Part shown: piece by piece, positions 29,421 to 39,481 of the stretch
How the letters are laid out: every line of letters starts with the position of its first letter
How positions within the stretch are numbered: the first letter of the stretch is position 1
Source of the DNA: an uncultured Thermotogae bacterium
Lineage (GTDB): Bacteria; Bipolaricaulota; Bipolaricaulia; UBA7950; UBA9294
Length of the DNA: 57,733 nucleotides
Reading direction: 5' to 3'
Assembly (NCBI GenBank): GCA_964528085.1
Contig: CAZGRE010000003.1
Coordinates: 1-57,733 of the forward strand
Translations under genes and position numbers: made by a program
The notes under the pieces: model-generated
Told to the model about the DNA's origin: nothing
What the model saw: the letters and a program-made list of their open reading frames with translations, nothing else
The model's database searches: none

Positions 29421-30058
29421 TGAAGCTTTTCATTGACACGGCCAAGGTGGAGGAGATCCGCGAGTTCGCCTGGCTGATCGACGGGGTGACGACGAATCCG
29501 ACCCTCGTCGCCCGCGCCGGGAGGCCGTTCGAACGGGTGATAGCCGAGATCCTGGAGATCGTGGACGGCCCGATAAACGCGGAGGTCGGATCGGTCGACC
29601 TCGATGGGATGATCGCCGAGGCCCGCCGGCTCGCCGCGTTGAGTGACAAGATCGTCGTCAAGATCCCGGTCGGTGAGACCGGCCTTCGTGCGATAAGGGC
29701 CCTCAGCGCTGAGGGGATAAGGACGAATGCCACCCTCGTCTTCTCGGCGAATCAGGCCCTCCTCGCCGCCAAGGCAGGGGCGAGCTACGTATCCCCGTTC
29801 GTCGGCAGGATCGATGACGTCGGTGGGAGCGGACTGGACCTCGTGGCGGAGATCATCGTCGTCTACGAGAACTATGGGTTCGATACCGAGGTGATCGTCG
29901 CCTCCGTCCGTCATCCCAGGCACGTCCTCGACGCCGCCCTCCTCGGTGCGGATATCGCCACCGTTCCGCACGCTGTGTTGAAGAGGATGTTCACCCACCC
30001 GTTGACCGACCTGGGGATCGAGCGGTTCCTGAACGACTTAAAAGGGGGAGGATCGTGA
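29417..30058 (+). CDS. tal: Transaldolase / fructose-6-phosphate aldolase (family 3B)
   Basis: [45 protein letters not shown]. Confidence 0.93.
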   Translation: MMKLFIDTAKVEEIREFAWLIDGVTTNPTLVARAGRPFERVIAEILEIVDGPINAEVGSVDLDGMIAEARRLAALSDKIVVKIPVGETGLRAIRALSAEGIRTNATLVFSANQALLAAKAGASYVSPFVGRIDDVGGSGLDLVAEIIVVYENYGFDTEVIVASVRHPRHVLDAALLGADIATVPHAVLKRMFTHPLTDLGIERFLNDLKGGGS

Positions 30059-30999
30059 ATCCGGTGAAGCTTGCAGGAACGCGCGATGCCTACGGTGAAG
30101 AGCTTGCGCGGCTCGGGGGGATCGACGGGAGGATCGTCGTCCTGACCGCCGATCTCGCCGGTTCGACGAAGACGTCCCTGTTCGCAAAGGAGTATCCGGA
30201 TCGCTTCTTCGACATGGGGGTCGCTGAGGCGAACATGGTCGGGACAGCGGCCGGGCTGGCGATGAGCGGATTTAGACCGTTCGTCTCTACGTTCGCCGTG
30301 TTCGCCACCGGGAAGATGTGGGAGCAGGTCCGCCAGGTCGTCGCCTATCCGAACGTCCCGGTCCGGATCGTGGCGACGCACGCCGGCCTGACCGTAGGGG
30401 AGGACGGGGCGAGCCATCAGATGCTCGAGGATATAAACAACATGCGGGTCCTTCCGAACATGAGGGTGATCGTTCCGGCCGATGCGGTCGAGGCGGCGGC
30501 GGTGACCCGGTTCGCCGCCGTTTACGATGAGGGGCCGGTCTACGTCCGGCTCGCCCGCGCCCCGTTCCCCGTGATCCACGAGGGGCCGATGGAGTTCGAC
30601 CTCGGCCGGGCTGAGGTCCTCGCCGAAGGAAGCGATGCGGTGATAATCGCCTGCGGGGTGATGGTCTCCGTCGCCCTTTCGGCGCGGGAGCGGCTCGCTG
30701 AGGAGGGGATCTCGGTTGCGGTGATCAACTCCTCCTCGATCAAGCCGCTCGATCGGGAGGGGATCCTCGCTGCGGCGGAGGACGTCGATCTCGTCGTGAC
30801 GGCCGAGGAGCATCAGATCATAGGTGGTTTGGGGAGCGCCGTCTGCGAGCTCCTCGCCGAGGAGTCGCCGCGGCGGATCGTCCGCGTCGGCGTCGATGAC
30901 CGGTTCGGCCAGTCGGGGAAGGCGGACGAGCTCCTTTCCCACTACGGCCTCGACGTCGACGGGCTGGTGACGGCGGTCAAGGCCGGGCTCGGCGGGTGA
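30055..30999 (+). CDS. Transketolase, C-terminal (pyrimidine-binding) subunit
   Basis: [46 protein letters not shown]. Confidence 0.93.
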   Translation: MNPVKLAGTRDAYGEELARLGGIDGRIVVLTADLAGSTKTSLFAKEYPDRFFDMGVAEANMVGTAAGLAMSGFRPFVSTFAVFATGKMWEQVRQVVAYPNVPVRIVATHAGLTVGEDGASHQMLEDINNMRVLPNMRVIVPADAVEAAAVTRFAAVYDEGPVYVRLARAPFPVIHEGPMEFDLGRAEVLAEGSDAVIIACGVMVSVALSARERLAEEGISVAVINSSSIKPLDREGILAAAEDVDLVVTAEEHQIIGGLGSAVCELLAEESPRRIVRVGVDDRFGQSGKADELLSHYGLDVDGLVTAVKAGLGG

Positions 31000-31090
31000 A
31001 TCAGAAAGCCCGTTCCGATCCGCCTAACCGGTTGATCGGTCAACGGATGGGGCGTACACTCCCGCGACAGATCATCAGGGACGGATACTC

Positions 31091-32353
31091 GTGAATACGC
31101 TTCTCATCGTCGGGACGATCATCGGGGCCGGTTATCTCCTCGGGGAGCTGGCGAGCAAGGTGGGCCTCCCGCGGGTCAGCGGGTACATCCTCGCCGGGCT
31201 CGCGTTGAACCCGGAGGTCACCGGCGTTGTCTCCCGCGACTTCGTCCAGGGGACGGACGCCGTAACGAGCGTCGCCCTCGCCATTCTGACGTTCGCCGTC
31301 GGCGGGACGCTGGCGATCGCCCCGTTGAAGGAGCTCGGTCGGGGGATCATCATGATCGCCCTCGGCGAGGCCGAGCTCGCCGCCCTGTTCGTCATCCTCG
31401 GGTCGATGATCGTCCTCCCCTTCTTCCTCGATAAGGGGGCGGGCTTCATCACGATGGTCGTTCCGCTCGCCGTTCTCCTCGGCGCCCTCGCTTCGCCGAC
31501 CGATCCGTCGGCGACCCTGGCGGTGATCCATCAGTACAAGGCGAAGGGGCAGGTCTCGTTCAGCATCATGGCCGCCGCCGCGCTCGACGACGCGATCGGG
31601 ATCATCAACTTCAGCGTCGGGATGGTGATCGCCTCGTTCCTCATCGCGCACGGGCATCACGTCGCCGGAGGGGGGATCTCCGCCCTGATCAAGCCGGTCA
31701 TCGAGATCGGGGGGGCGCTCGTGCTCGGGGTCGTCTCTGGCCTCGGGTTCCACTACATCCCCCGCCTCATCCGCGCCGAATCGGACGGCCTCCTCCTCGT
31801 TCTGATCATCGGGCTCCTCACCCTCTGCTATGGGGTGGCGACGGCCTTCGGCCTCGATCAGCTCCTCGCGACGATGACGATGGGGATGGCCGTCGTCAAC
31901 TTTAAGGCGAGCCGGGATCGGATATTCCGCCTCCTCGAGGAGTACATCGAGCCCCTTGTCTTTGTCCTCTTCTTCACGATCAGCGGGATGCTCCTCGACG
32001 TTGCGGTCCTCTTCCGCTACTTTCCGCTCGTTCTGTTCTTCGTCCTCTTCCGCACGGCAGGGAAGCTGACCGGGGCATACCTCGGTGCGACCATCGGGAG
32101 GGCACCGCAGGCGGTGAGGCGCTACACCGGTTTCGGGCTGATCCCCCAGGGGGGGATCGTCATCGGTCTGGCGTTGATCCTCCAGCAGGAGGAGGGGTTC
32201 GCCGACCTGAGCAGCATCCTCCTCAGCGTCGTGATCGGGGCGACCGTGTTGCACGAGCTGATCGGACCGCTCACCGCGAAGCTCGCCATTCAGAAGGCGG
32301 GCGAGATCACGCCGCATCCCCCCGAGGAGCCGGGGATATCCCCGCATCTGTGA
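31091..32353 (+). CDS. Cation:proton antiporter (CPA2-like)
   Basis: LPRVSGYILAG, PTDPSATLAV, AALDDA, FFTISG, LIPQGG, ELIGP. Confidence 0.88.
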   Translation: MNTLLIVGTIIGAGYLLGELASKVGLPRVSGYILAGLALNPEVTGVVSRDFVQGTDAVTSVALAILTFAVGGTLAIAPLKELGRGIIMIALGEAELAALFVILGSMIVLPFFLDKGAGFITMVVPLAVLLGALASPTDPSATLAVIHQYKAKGQVSFSIMAAAALDDAIGIINFSVGMVIASFLIAHGHHVAGGGISALIKPVIEIGGALVLGVVSGLGFHYIPRLIRAESDGLLLVLIIGLLTLCYGVATAFGLDQLLATMTMGMAVVNFKASRDRIFRLLEEYIEPLVFVLFFTISGMLLDVAVLFRYFPLVLFFVLFRTAGKLTGAYLGATIGRAPQAVRRYTGFGLIPQGGIVIGLALILQQEEGFADLSSILLSVVIGATVLHELIGPLTAKLAIQKAGEITPHPPEEPGISPHL

Positions 32354-32894
32354 CCGGCGGGGGCTCGGTCTCGACGATCCCGAAGGTTGCGAGGATCTCC
32401 CCCACCAGCCGGTCCCTGTTTCCGAGCTTGACGCGGAATAGGGTGAGCTCGCGCCGGATGCGGTGTGCGATCTCGATGTCGGCGTGGGCATGGGTCGAGA
32501 TGATCAGGGATTTATCGCTTGCAAGGGCTGCCTCTACCGCTGGGACGAACGCGGGGGAGGATAGCTCCATCGGAGCGATCTCGTCTATGACGACGAGATC
32601 ATCCTCTTCGATTGCCCGGTAGATGGCGGCGATCCCGATCCGCTCAAGGGATCGAAGATCGACCGTGTATCGGCCGACCTTCGGCCCTCCGCTTTTATGG
32701 AGATGGGCGAGGACCCCTTCCTCATCGGTCGAGACGTCGATCAACGAGAAGCCGACCCGGTGTCCGCAGACCCTTATCTCCTCGGTCAGCATCCCTCCGG
32801 CGCTGATCGGGAGGCGAGATAAGACCCGCTTTATCAGGGTCGTCTTCCCCACCCCCGGCCTTCCGGTGATCGCTATCCTCCCCTTGATCGGCAT
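32307..32894 (-). CDS. Nucleoside-triphosphatase, THEP1/NTPase_1 family
   Basis: ITGRPGVGKTTL, GGMLTEEIR..RVGF, KVGRYTVD, VIDEIAPMEL. Start at ATG 32894. Confidence 0.9.
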   Translation of the reverse strand: MPIKGRIAITGRPGVGKTTLIKRVLSRLPISAGGMLTEEIRVCGHRVGFSLIDVSTDEEGVLAHLHKSGGPKVGRYTVDLRSLERIGIAAIYRAIEEDDLVVIDEIAPMELSSPAFVPAVEAALASDKSLIISTHAHADIEIAHRIRRELTLFRVKLGNRDRLVGEILATFGIVETEPPPVTDAGISPAPRGDAA

Positions 32895-32947
32895 GGCGTT
32901 CGATTCTATCCTCAAACGTGTAGACCACGTAAGAAAGGGGCTCTTCG

Positions 32948-34021
32948 GTGGCTGAGACGGTGATCCGACGGATCGCTCATCTCGACATGGACGCGTTCTT
33001 CGCGGCGGTCGAGCAGCACGACTTCCCTCCCTACCGCGGGAAACCGGTGATCGTCGGCGGTCTCGGGCCGCGCGGCGTCGTCTCGACCGCCTCGTACGAG
33101 GCGCGGCGATTCGGTGTAAGGAGCGCGATGCCGATCGCCCTGGCGCGGAAGCGTTGTCCGGATGGGATCTATCTCCGTCCCCGGTTCGAACGGTATAAGG
33201 AGGTCTCCTCCGCTGTCCGCGCGATCCTCGCTGAGTATTCGCCGGTGATCGAGGCGATCTCACTCGATGAGGCGTTCTTCGATCTCTCGAACCAGGGGGA
33301 GACGTTCGCCTCAGCACGTGCGGTTGCTGAGGAGATCAAACGCCGCGTCCTGGCCGAGACCGGGCTCACCTGCTCGGTCGGAATAGCAGCGAATCGCTTC
33401 CTCGCCAAGCTCGCCTCCGAGCTCGATAAGCCGGACGGGTTGAGGCTGATCGAGCCGGAGCGCATCGAGGAGGTTTTAGACCCCCTCCCGGTCGGTGCGA
33501 TCTGGGGTGTGGGGAAGGTGACGGAGCGGAGGCTGAAGGGGCTCGGGATCCTGACCGTACGCGACCTGAGGCTCACCCCCCTCTCCCTCCTCATCCGGGA
33601 GTTCGGGAGGATGGGAGGGCGGTTGCACGAGCTCGCCTGCGGGATAGACGAGACCCCGCTCTGCCGTGAGATCGGCTCGCGGTCGATCTCGAGCGAGGTG
33701 ACCTACCCGTTCGATCTCGTCGATCCGGGGACGATCGAGGCGGAGGTCCGCCGGCTCGCGCGCCAGGTCGCGCGAGCCCTCCGCGAATCGTCCTTGCTCT
33801 GCCGGACGGTGAGGATCAAGGTCCGCTACCCCGACTTCAGGACGGTCACGCGTCAGGCCCGGCTCGGCGTGGGAATCGATTCGGAGCGGCTGATCGAGAC
33901 GGTGGCGGTCTATCTCCTCCGCGAGCGGGTAAGGCTCGATGAACGGGGGGTCCGCCTGATCGGGGTCGGGGCGGCGAACCTCGCCGAGACGAAGGCGCGG
34001 CAGCTCCCGCTCTTCGAATGA
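32948..34021 (+). CDS. dinB: DNA polymerase IV
   Basis: HLDMDAFFAAVE, ASYEAR, SLDEAF, AKLASELDKPDG, and a C-terminal clamp-binding QLPLF. Confidence 0.96.
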   Translation: MAETVIRRIAHLDMDAFFAAVEQHDFPPYRGKPVIVGGLGPRGVVSTASYEARRFGVRSAMPIALARKRCPDGIYLRPRFERYKEVSSAVRAILAEYSPVIEAISLDEAFFDLSNQGETFASARAVAEEIKRRVLAETGLTCSVGIAANRFLAKLASELDKPDGLRLIEPERIEEVLDPLPVGAIWGVGKVTERRLKGLGILTVRDLRLTPLSLLIREFGRMGGRLHELACGIDETPLCREIGSRSISSEVTYPFDLVDPGTIEAEVRRLARQVARALRESSLLCRTVRIKVRYPDFRTVTRQARLGVGIDSERLIETVAVYLLRERVRLDERGVRLIGVGAANLAETKARQLPLFE

Positions 34022-34104
34022 TGGGACATCCCGCACCTATGCAGGGGAAGGAATCGATTGCTCGGAGGGTCCTTTCCCCTTAGGTTTTAAGCGAGGTGAT
34101 CGCC

Positions 34105-35217
34105 ATGCGACGGGCGGTGTTCGTTCTCGGAGTAATCATCTTCGGCTTTGCGTGGTTTGTGTTTTCGATGCCACTTTGCGATTATCGATCCCCCTTGACC
34201 GATCTTTCCGATCTTTCGATCGCGTTTTCGTATCAGTACCACAACGATCCGTACGGGCTGAAGGATGAGGACGTAAATCAGGGCCGGTTCAACGTCTCCT
34301 ACGTCCGCTTGTACGATACCCCTGAGTTCGGGTTCGACGTCTCGTTGAGTAACGATATGGCGATATCCGTCCTCGATGTCTCGACCTATACGATGAGCGC
34401 CGACGGGAGCTACAAGCGTTACTTCGCCTCCGAAGGGGATTACTTCGCGTTCGCCGGCGGGATCGTGAGGAGCTCCTCTTCTTACGAGGCGCTGGGGCTT
34501 TCGGTGAACCTCGGGATCGGCTACGGCCGGTTCACCGACGTCACACCCCTGGCAAAGGCGACGAGGATCGATGACTACCTCGTGAACCGGGGGACGCTCA
34601 CCGCTCACCTCCATCCGGTCGATCTCCAGGCCCTCGCCGGCGAGATCGGGAGCATCGCCTCCTACGATTCCTTAGCCGACCTCCTCGCCGCGGTTCAGGA
34701 CATCATCGAGGGCTCAGGGTACCTCAAGGCAGGAGGGCTCGACGCCCTCGACATCTCGGAGATCACCCGCCTGATCGAGGAGGAGGGGTTCTCCCGCTAC
34801 TGCGGCTGGGATTTAAAGTTCGGGATCGGCTACCAGCTCCTCGACCCGTCGAGGGAGGCCAACGACGTCCTCGTTACCGGGGCTCTGAACTATGCGTTCA
34901 CCTCGACGCCGAAGGCCCAATTCCTCGTCCAGGGGAGCTTCTCCGGCCCTCCGACGATCCTCGAGCGAAACAGGGTCGATCTGATGGCATCCTACGACTA
35001 CCTGATCGCCGATTTCCTCACGGCTGGGGTGAGTTACCGGTTCTCGCGGGAGACGTACGGCGGCGTCCCGACCGACACCCACCGGGTATCCTTCGATATC
35101 TCCTTGAAGCCGCTCTCCTCGGCCGATGTCGGGCTGAGCGTCATCCTCGAACACCGACCGTACTACCTCGAGTGGAGCGTCGACATCGCCCTCTCTATCA
35201 CCATGGATCTCCTCTAA
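34105..35217 (+). CDS. Exported hypothetical protein, probable beta-barrel/beta-rich envelope protein
   Basis: Signal peptide, many amphipathic beta strands (FNVSY, GLSVNLGIGY, GVSYRF, SFDISL, SVDIALSIT) and a central helical block; SD GAGGTG. Confidence 0.6.
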   Translation: MRRAVFVLGVIIFGFAWFVFSMPLCDYRSPLTDLSDLSIAFSYQYHNDPYGLKDEDVNQGRFNVSYVRLYDTPEFGFDVSLSNDMAISVLDVSTYTMSADGSYKRYFASEGDYFAFAGGIVRSSSSYEALGLSVNLGIGYGRFTDVTPLAKATRIDDYLVNRGTLTAHLHPVDLQALAGEIGSIASYDSLADLLAAVQDIIEGSGYLKAGGLDALDISEITRLIEEEGFSRYCGWDLKFGIGYQLLDPSREANDVLVTGALNYAFTSTPKAQFLVQGSFSGPPTILERNRVDLMASYDYLIADFLTAGVSYRFSRETYGGVPTDTHRVSFDISLKPLSSADVGLSVILEHRPYYLEWSVDIALSITMDLL

Positions 35218-35852
35218 TCCGTAGCCCGATCAAGGGTTGCGACCACCCCCGCCATCGTCGCATCGCACAGGAGGTTCACCCCCTGCGATATCGGAACGAG
35301 CCTCGCCTCTTCGATCTCGTCCGGGGCCGGGATCGGTTCCCCGAGGAGCCTGACGCGGTAGAAGAGCATGATCCAATGAAGGCCCGAGGAGCGGCCGACC
35401 TTCGCTCGGACGGAGACCAACCCATCGATTTCGGCGCCGGTGTTCAATTCCTCCTTGATCTCCCGGGCGAGCCCGTCCTCCGGGTTCTCTCCAAATTCAA
35501 GAAACCCTCCTGGAAGTGACCAGAGGCCGGCGGTCAGGCCGCGGCTTGACTTCACGAGGAGGATCGAGTCCTCTTCGATAGCGATCCCCTCGACGACGAC
35601 GCGCGGCATCGATGCGTGCACCGCGGCGCGGACGGCCGGGCTGACATCCGTACGCTCCGGCATCTCGTCCTTCCCCGGCCAGGAGAAAGGGTGGGAGGGA
35701 AGGTGGGGGACGCAGAACCATACGTCCTTCTCCTTTCCCAGGGGGGCGATCCGCTCGATCGGGAACGGGACTTCGTCAGGCTTCGGCAAGTCGAGGTATC
35801 CGTTCCGCCTGACGAGGAAGATCCGGCCATCGGTTTCGATATAGTAGCGCAT
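35214..35852 (-). CDS. NUDIX hydrolase
   Basis: Nudix box WSLPGGFLEFGENPEDGLAREIKEELN. Confidence 0.9.
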   Translation of the reverse strand: MRYYIETDGRIFLVRRNGYLDLPKPDEVPFPIERIAPLGKEKDVWFCVPHLPSHPFSWPGKDEMPERTDVSPAVRAAVHASMPRVVVEGIAIEEDSILLVKSSRGLTAGLWSLPGGFLEFGENPEDGLAREIKEELNTGAEIDGLVSVRAKVGRSSGLHWIMLFYRVRLLGEPIPAPDEIEEARLVPISQGVNLLCDATMAGVVATLDRATD

Positions 35853-35970
35853 CGGACCCCTCCTCCTTCTATTCTAACCAGGAGGGGGAGACCCCGCTTG
35901 CGGCCTGGGATGGGGACGGTGATAATTCGCCGACCGGCCGGGACTGGTAGAGGGCCGGGAGGAGGGGTGT

Positions 35971-36819
35971 GTGTACAAGATACTTAAGAAACGGACCCTC
36001 GGTCCGAAGATCCGCGAGTACGTGATCGAGGCCCCCGAGGTCGCCCGCGCCGGGAAGGCCGGGCAGTTCATCGTCCTTCGGTTGCATGAGAGAGGGGAGA
36101 GGATCCCGCTCACCATTGTCGATTGCGATGAGGGAACCGGCGGTGTGACCCTGGTCGTCCAGGAGGTCGGCAAAAGCACGCTTGAGATGGGCGACCGCTA
36201 CGGGGAAGGGGACTTTATCCTCGATTTCGTCGGGCCGCTCGGCCGACCGACCGAGGTCTCCCGCTACGGGACGGTGATCGGGGTCGGAGGGGGCGTCGGG
36301 ATCGCCCCCCTCCTCCCGATCGTCCGCGCCCTGAAAGGGGCAGGGAACGAGGTGATCGGGATCATTGGCGCCCGCTCGAAGGACCTCCTCTTCTACGAAG
36401 ATCTGATGGCCGAGGCCTGCGACGAGCTCCACGTCGTGACCGACGACGGGTCGTACGGGAGCAAGGGGTTCGTCAGCGATCCGCTCCGCGAGATCCTCTC
36501 CTCCGGCCGGAAGGCCGATCGGGTATGGGCGATCGGCCCGGCGGTGATGATGAAGGCCTGCGTCGGGGTGACGCGGGAGTTCGACGTCCCGACGGTCGTC
36601 AGCCTGAACTCGGTGATGATCGACGGGACAGGGATGTGTGGCGGTTGCCGCGTCGAGGTCGGGGGGAAAGCGAAGTTCGCCTGCGTCGATGGCCCGGAGT
36701 TCGATGGATTCGCCGTCGATTTCGATCTTCTCATCGCCCGGCAGCGGTTCTACGCCGAGGAGGAGGCGTGCGCGCTCGAGCGCTATCTCGCATCGCGTAA
36801 GGAAGGAGGCGAGGAATGA
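35971..36819 (+). CDS. nfnA: NADH-dependent reduced ferredoxin:NADP+ oxidoreductase, small subunit
   Basis: GQFIVLR, ERIPLTI, GGGVGIAP, DGTGMCGGCRV..FACVDGPEFD ([2Fe-2S]). Confidence 0.9.
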   Translation: MYKILKKRTLGPKIREYVIEAPEVARAGKAGQFIVLRLHERGERIPLTIVDCDEGTGGVTLVVQEVGKSTLEMGDRYGEGDFILDFVGPLGRPTEVSRYGTVIGVGGGVGIAPLLPIVRALKGAGNEVIGIIGARSKDLLFYEDLMAEACDELHVVTDDGSYGSKGFVSDPLREILSSGRKADRVWAIGPAVMMKACVGVTREFDVPTVVSLNSVMIDGTGMCGGCRVEVGGKAKFACVDGPEFDGFAVDFDLLIARQRFYAEEEACALERYLASRKEGGEE

Positions 36820-38198
36820 TCCGAGAGAAGCAGATCCCGATGCGCGAGCAGCCCCCCGAGGAGCGGATCCATAATTTCGCCGAGGTCCCGTTCGGCTACA
36901 CCGAGGACGAGGCCGTCCTCGAGGCCGAGCGCTGCCTTCAGTGCCCGAATGCCCCGTGCATCGAGGGATGCCCGGTCGGGATAAACATCCCCCTGTTCAT
37001 CGAACACGTGAAGAACCGGCGCTTCGCCGAGGCGATCGCGACGATAATGGAGGCGAACTCCCTCCCCGCCGTCTGCGGCCGGGTCTGTCCGCAGGAGAGC
37101 CAGTGCCAAGGGGTCTGCACCCTCGGCAAGCGGTTCGAGCCGGTGGCGATCGGGCGGCTCGAGCGGTTCTGCGCCGATTGGGCGGCGGAGAACGCCCCGG
37201 TCAGGGTTGAGGTTCCAAGGGAGACGGGGAAGCGGGTCGCGGTGATCGGCTCCGGCCCGGCCGGCCTGACCGCGGCGGGTGAGCTGAGGAAGCTCGGACA
37301 CGCCGTGACCGTGTTCGAGGTGTTGCACGCCCCGGGCGGCGTGTTGATGTACGGGATCCCCGAGTTCCGCCTTCCGAAGGAGATCGTAAAGCGGGAGATC
37401 GATTCCCTCTGCTCTATCGGGGTCGAGATCCTCGTCAACCGGGTCGTCGGGAGGCTCGTAACCGTCGATCAGCTCCTTGCGGACGGGTACGACGCCGTGT
37501 TCATCGGGACCGGCGCCGGGCTACCCCGCTTCCTCGGGGTCCCGGGGGAGAACCTAAACGGCGTCTACTCGGCGAACGAGTTTCTCACCCGGACGAACCT
37601 GATGCGCGCCTATCTCTTCCCCGAGTACGACACCCCGATCAAGGTCGGGAGGCGCGTCGTCACCGTAGGAGGGGGGAACGTCGCCATGGACTCGTCCCGG
37701 ACCGCCCTCCGCCTCGGTGCGGAGGAGTCGATCATCCTCTACCGCCGCGGGGAGGTGGAGCTCCCGGCACGGGAGGAGGAGGTCCATCACGCGAAAGAGG
37801 AGGGAATCCGGTTCGAGCTCCTTACGAGCCCGGTCGAGTTCATCGGTGAGTCCGGGATGCTCCGGGCCGTCCGCTGCATCAGGATGGAGCTCGGTGAGCC
37901 GGATGAGAGCGGTAGGAGGAGGCCGGTCCCGATCCCCGACTCGGAGTTCGAGATCGAGGTGGATACCGCCGTGATCGCGATCGGGAATCAGCCTCATCCC
38001 CTCATCCCCCAGACTACGGCCGGCCTCGAGGTGACCCGGCGGGGGAACATCGTCGCCGATCCGAGGACCGGTGAGACGAGCAAGCCGGGCGTCTTCGCCG
38101 GCGGGGATATCGTCACCGGGGCGGCGACGGTGATCGAGGCGATGGGCGCCGGGAAGCGCGCCGCCGCTGCGATCGACGCCTACCTCGCTGGAGGATAA
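36816..38198 (+). CDS. nfnB: NADH-dependent reduced ferredoxin:NADP+ oxidoreductase, large subunit (GltD-like)
   Basis: RCLQC..CIEGCPV, CGRVCPQESQC, GSGPAGL, YGIPEFRLP, GGGNVAMD, AGGDIVTG; paired with nfnA. Confidence 0.9.
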   Translation: MIREKQIPMREQPPEERIHNFAEVPFGYTEDEAVLEAERCLQCPNAPCIEGCPVGINIPLFIEHVKNRRFAEAIATIMEANSLPAVCGRVCPQESQCQGVCTLGKRFEPVAIGRLERFCADWAAENAPVRVEVPRETGKRVAVIGSGPAGLTAAGELRKLGHAVTVFEVLHAPGGVLMYGIPEFRLPKEIVKREIDSLCSIGVEILVNRVVGRLVTVDQLLADGYDAVFIGTGAGLPRFLGVPGENLNGVYSANEFLTRTNLMRAYLFPEYDTPIKVGRRVVTVGGGNVAMDSSRTALRLGAEESIILYRRGEVELPAREEEVHHAKEEGIRFELLTSPVEFIGESGMLRAVRCIRMELGEPDESGRRRPVPIPDSEFEIEVDTAVIAIGNQPHPLIPQTTAGLEVTRRGNIVADPRTGETSKPGVFAGGDIVTGAATVIEAMGAGKRAAAAIDAYLAGG

Positions 38199-38317
38199 GA
38201 GATTTCCGATTTAGGGTGCTGCATGTCACCGGTCCATGCCGCCTGTGTCCCGGATCATTTATGGGTCATATGTCATCATCATCCGGCAGACAGCTAGCAC
38301 CACCCGGTGCCGCGGAG

Positions 38318-38350
38318 GATGGAGGGGGGTTCCCCCTCCATCTCTCTTTT
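38318..38350 (+). terminator. Intrinsic terminator between convergent nfnB and the D-cysteine desulfhydrase gene
   Basis: 11-bp stem GATGGAGGGGG / CCCCCTCCATC followed by TCTCTTTT. Confidence 0.7.
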
Positions 38351-39381
38351 CAAGGTCGGCGATCGACGAGGTGACCGGCCTGGGAGTCAGCGAACAGCCC
38401 GGGAGCACCCCCCGTGTGGATGAAGACGACGACCTCCTCGCCCTGGAAGTGGCCGCTCCTGATCAAGTCGATCAGCCCGGCCATCGCCTTTCCGGTGTAG
38501 ACGGGATCGAGGATGATCCCCTCGGCCCGGGCGGTGAGGAGGATCGCCTCCTTCATCCCCTCGGTCGGTAGTCCGTATCCCGGGCCGATGTAGTCGTCGG
38601 TCACCCGGACCGCCTTCTTTGGAATCGTCAGGTCGAGCTCGAGCTTCGCAGTCGCCTCGTTCAACTGGCGGTCGATCCGCTTGGTCAGGGTCGTCCGGTC
38701 GGTCGCGACGCTTACCCCGAGGACATCGATCTCCCCTCCACCGTACAGGTATGAGCCGAGGATCAGCCCGGTCTGGGTGCTCGACGTCCCGCATGCGGTG
38801 ACGATCGCGTCGGCGGCGAGGTTGCGCTCGCGAAGCTGGGAGACGATCTCGAGGACGCACCCCGAATACCCGAGGGCGCCGTGGATCGGCCTGCACCCGT
38901 TCGGGATGAAGTAGGGGACCTTCCCCTCCTTTCTCAGCCTCTCTGCGATCTGTGCGGCCTTCTCATCGGCGATCCGATCGATCTCCTCCTTCGCCGGATG
39001 CCATTCCCCCCCGACGAAGTGGATCTCCTTCACCCCGAGGATCCGGTCGATCAACAGGTTCCCGCTCGTCGTCCTCGGCTCCTCACCGCGGAGGATGAGG
39101 ATCGTCTCCAATCCGAGCCGGTTGCACGCAGCTGCGGTCAGCCGGACGTGGTTGCTCTGCACCCCTCCGACGGTGATGACGGTCGTCGCCTTCTCGCGCA
39201 GCGCCTCAGCGAGGGCGTACTCGAGCTTGCGCAGCTTGTTCCCGCCGAGGCCGAGGCCGGTCATGTCGTCCCTCTTCATGAATATCCGTGGCCCGCCGAG
39301 CTGCTCGCTCAGGTTTCGAAGCTCCTGAAGCGGGGTGGGAAAGATCCCGAGTGAAACCCTCTCTACCGTGCCGATCTGCAT
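38350..39381 (-). CDS. D-cysteine desulfhydrase / ACC deaminase family PLP enzyme
   Basis: PTPLQ, KRDDMTG..GGNKLRKLEY, QSNHVR, LDPVYTGKAM, FIHTGG. Start at ATG 39381. Confidence 0.92.
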   Translation of the reverse strand: MQIGTVERVSLGIFPTPLQELRNLSEQLGGPRIFMKRDDMTGLGLGGNKLRKLEYALAEALREKATTVITVGGVQSNHVRLTAAACNRLGLETILILRGEEPRTTSGNLLIDRILGVKEIHFVGGEWHPAKEEIDRIADEKAAQIAERLRKEGKVPYFIPNGCRPIHGALGYSGCVLEIVSQLRERNLAADAIVTACGTSSTQTGLILGSYLYGGGEIDVLGVSVATDRTTLTKRIDRQLNEATAKLELDLTIPKKAVRVTDDYIGPGYGLPTEGMKEAILLTARAEGIILDPVYTGKAMAGLIDLIRSGHFQGEEVVVFIHTGGAPGLFADSQAGHLVDRRP

Positions 39382-39481
39382 CTCATCCCCTTTCATCATC
39401 AGTCTATCCAGCGGGGAGGCCTGATCACAACCCTGGCACGACGGGTGATCCGTCGGTAGGATCATCCAAGAAGGAGGGACG

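Noticed and set aside
36816-38198. Glutamate synthase small subunit (gltD) call
   Set aside because: It is paired with an NfnA-type subunit and no gltB is adjacent, so NfnB is the better call.
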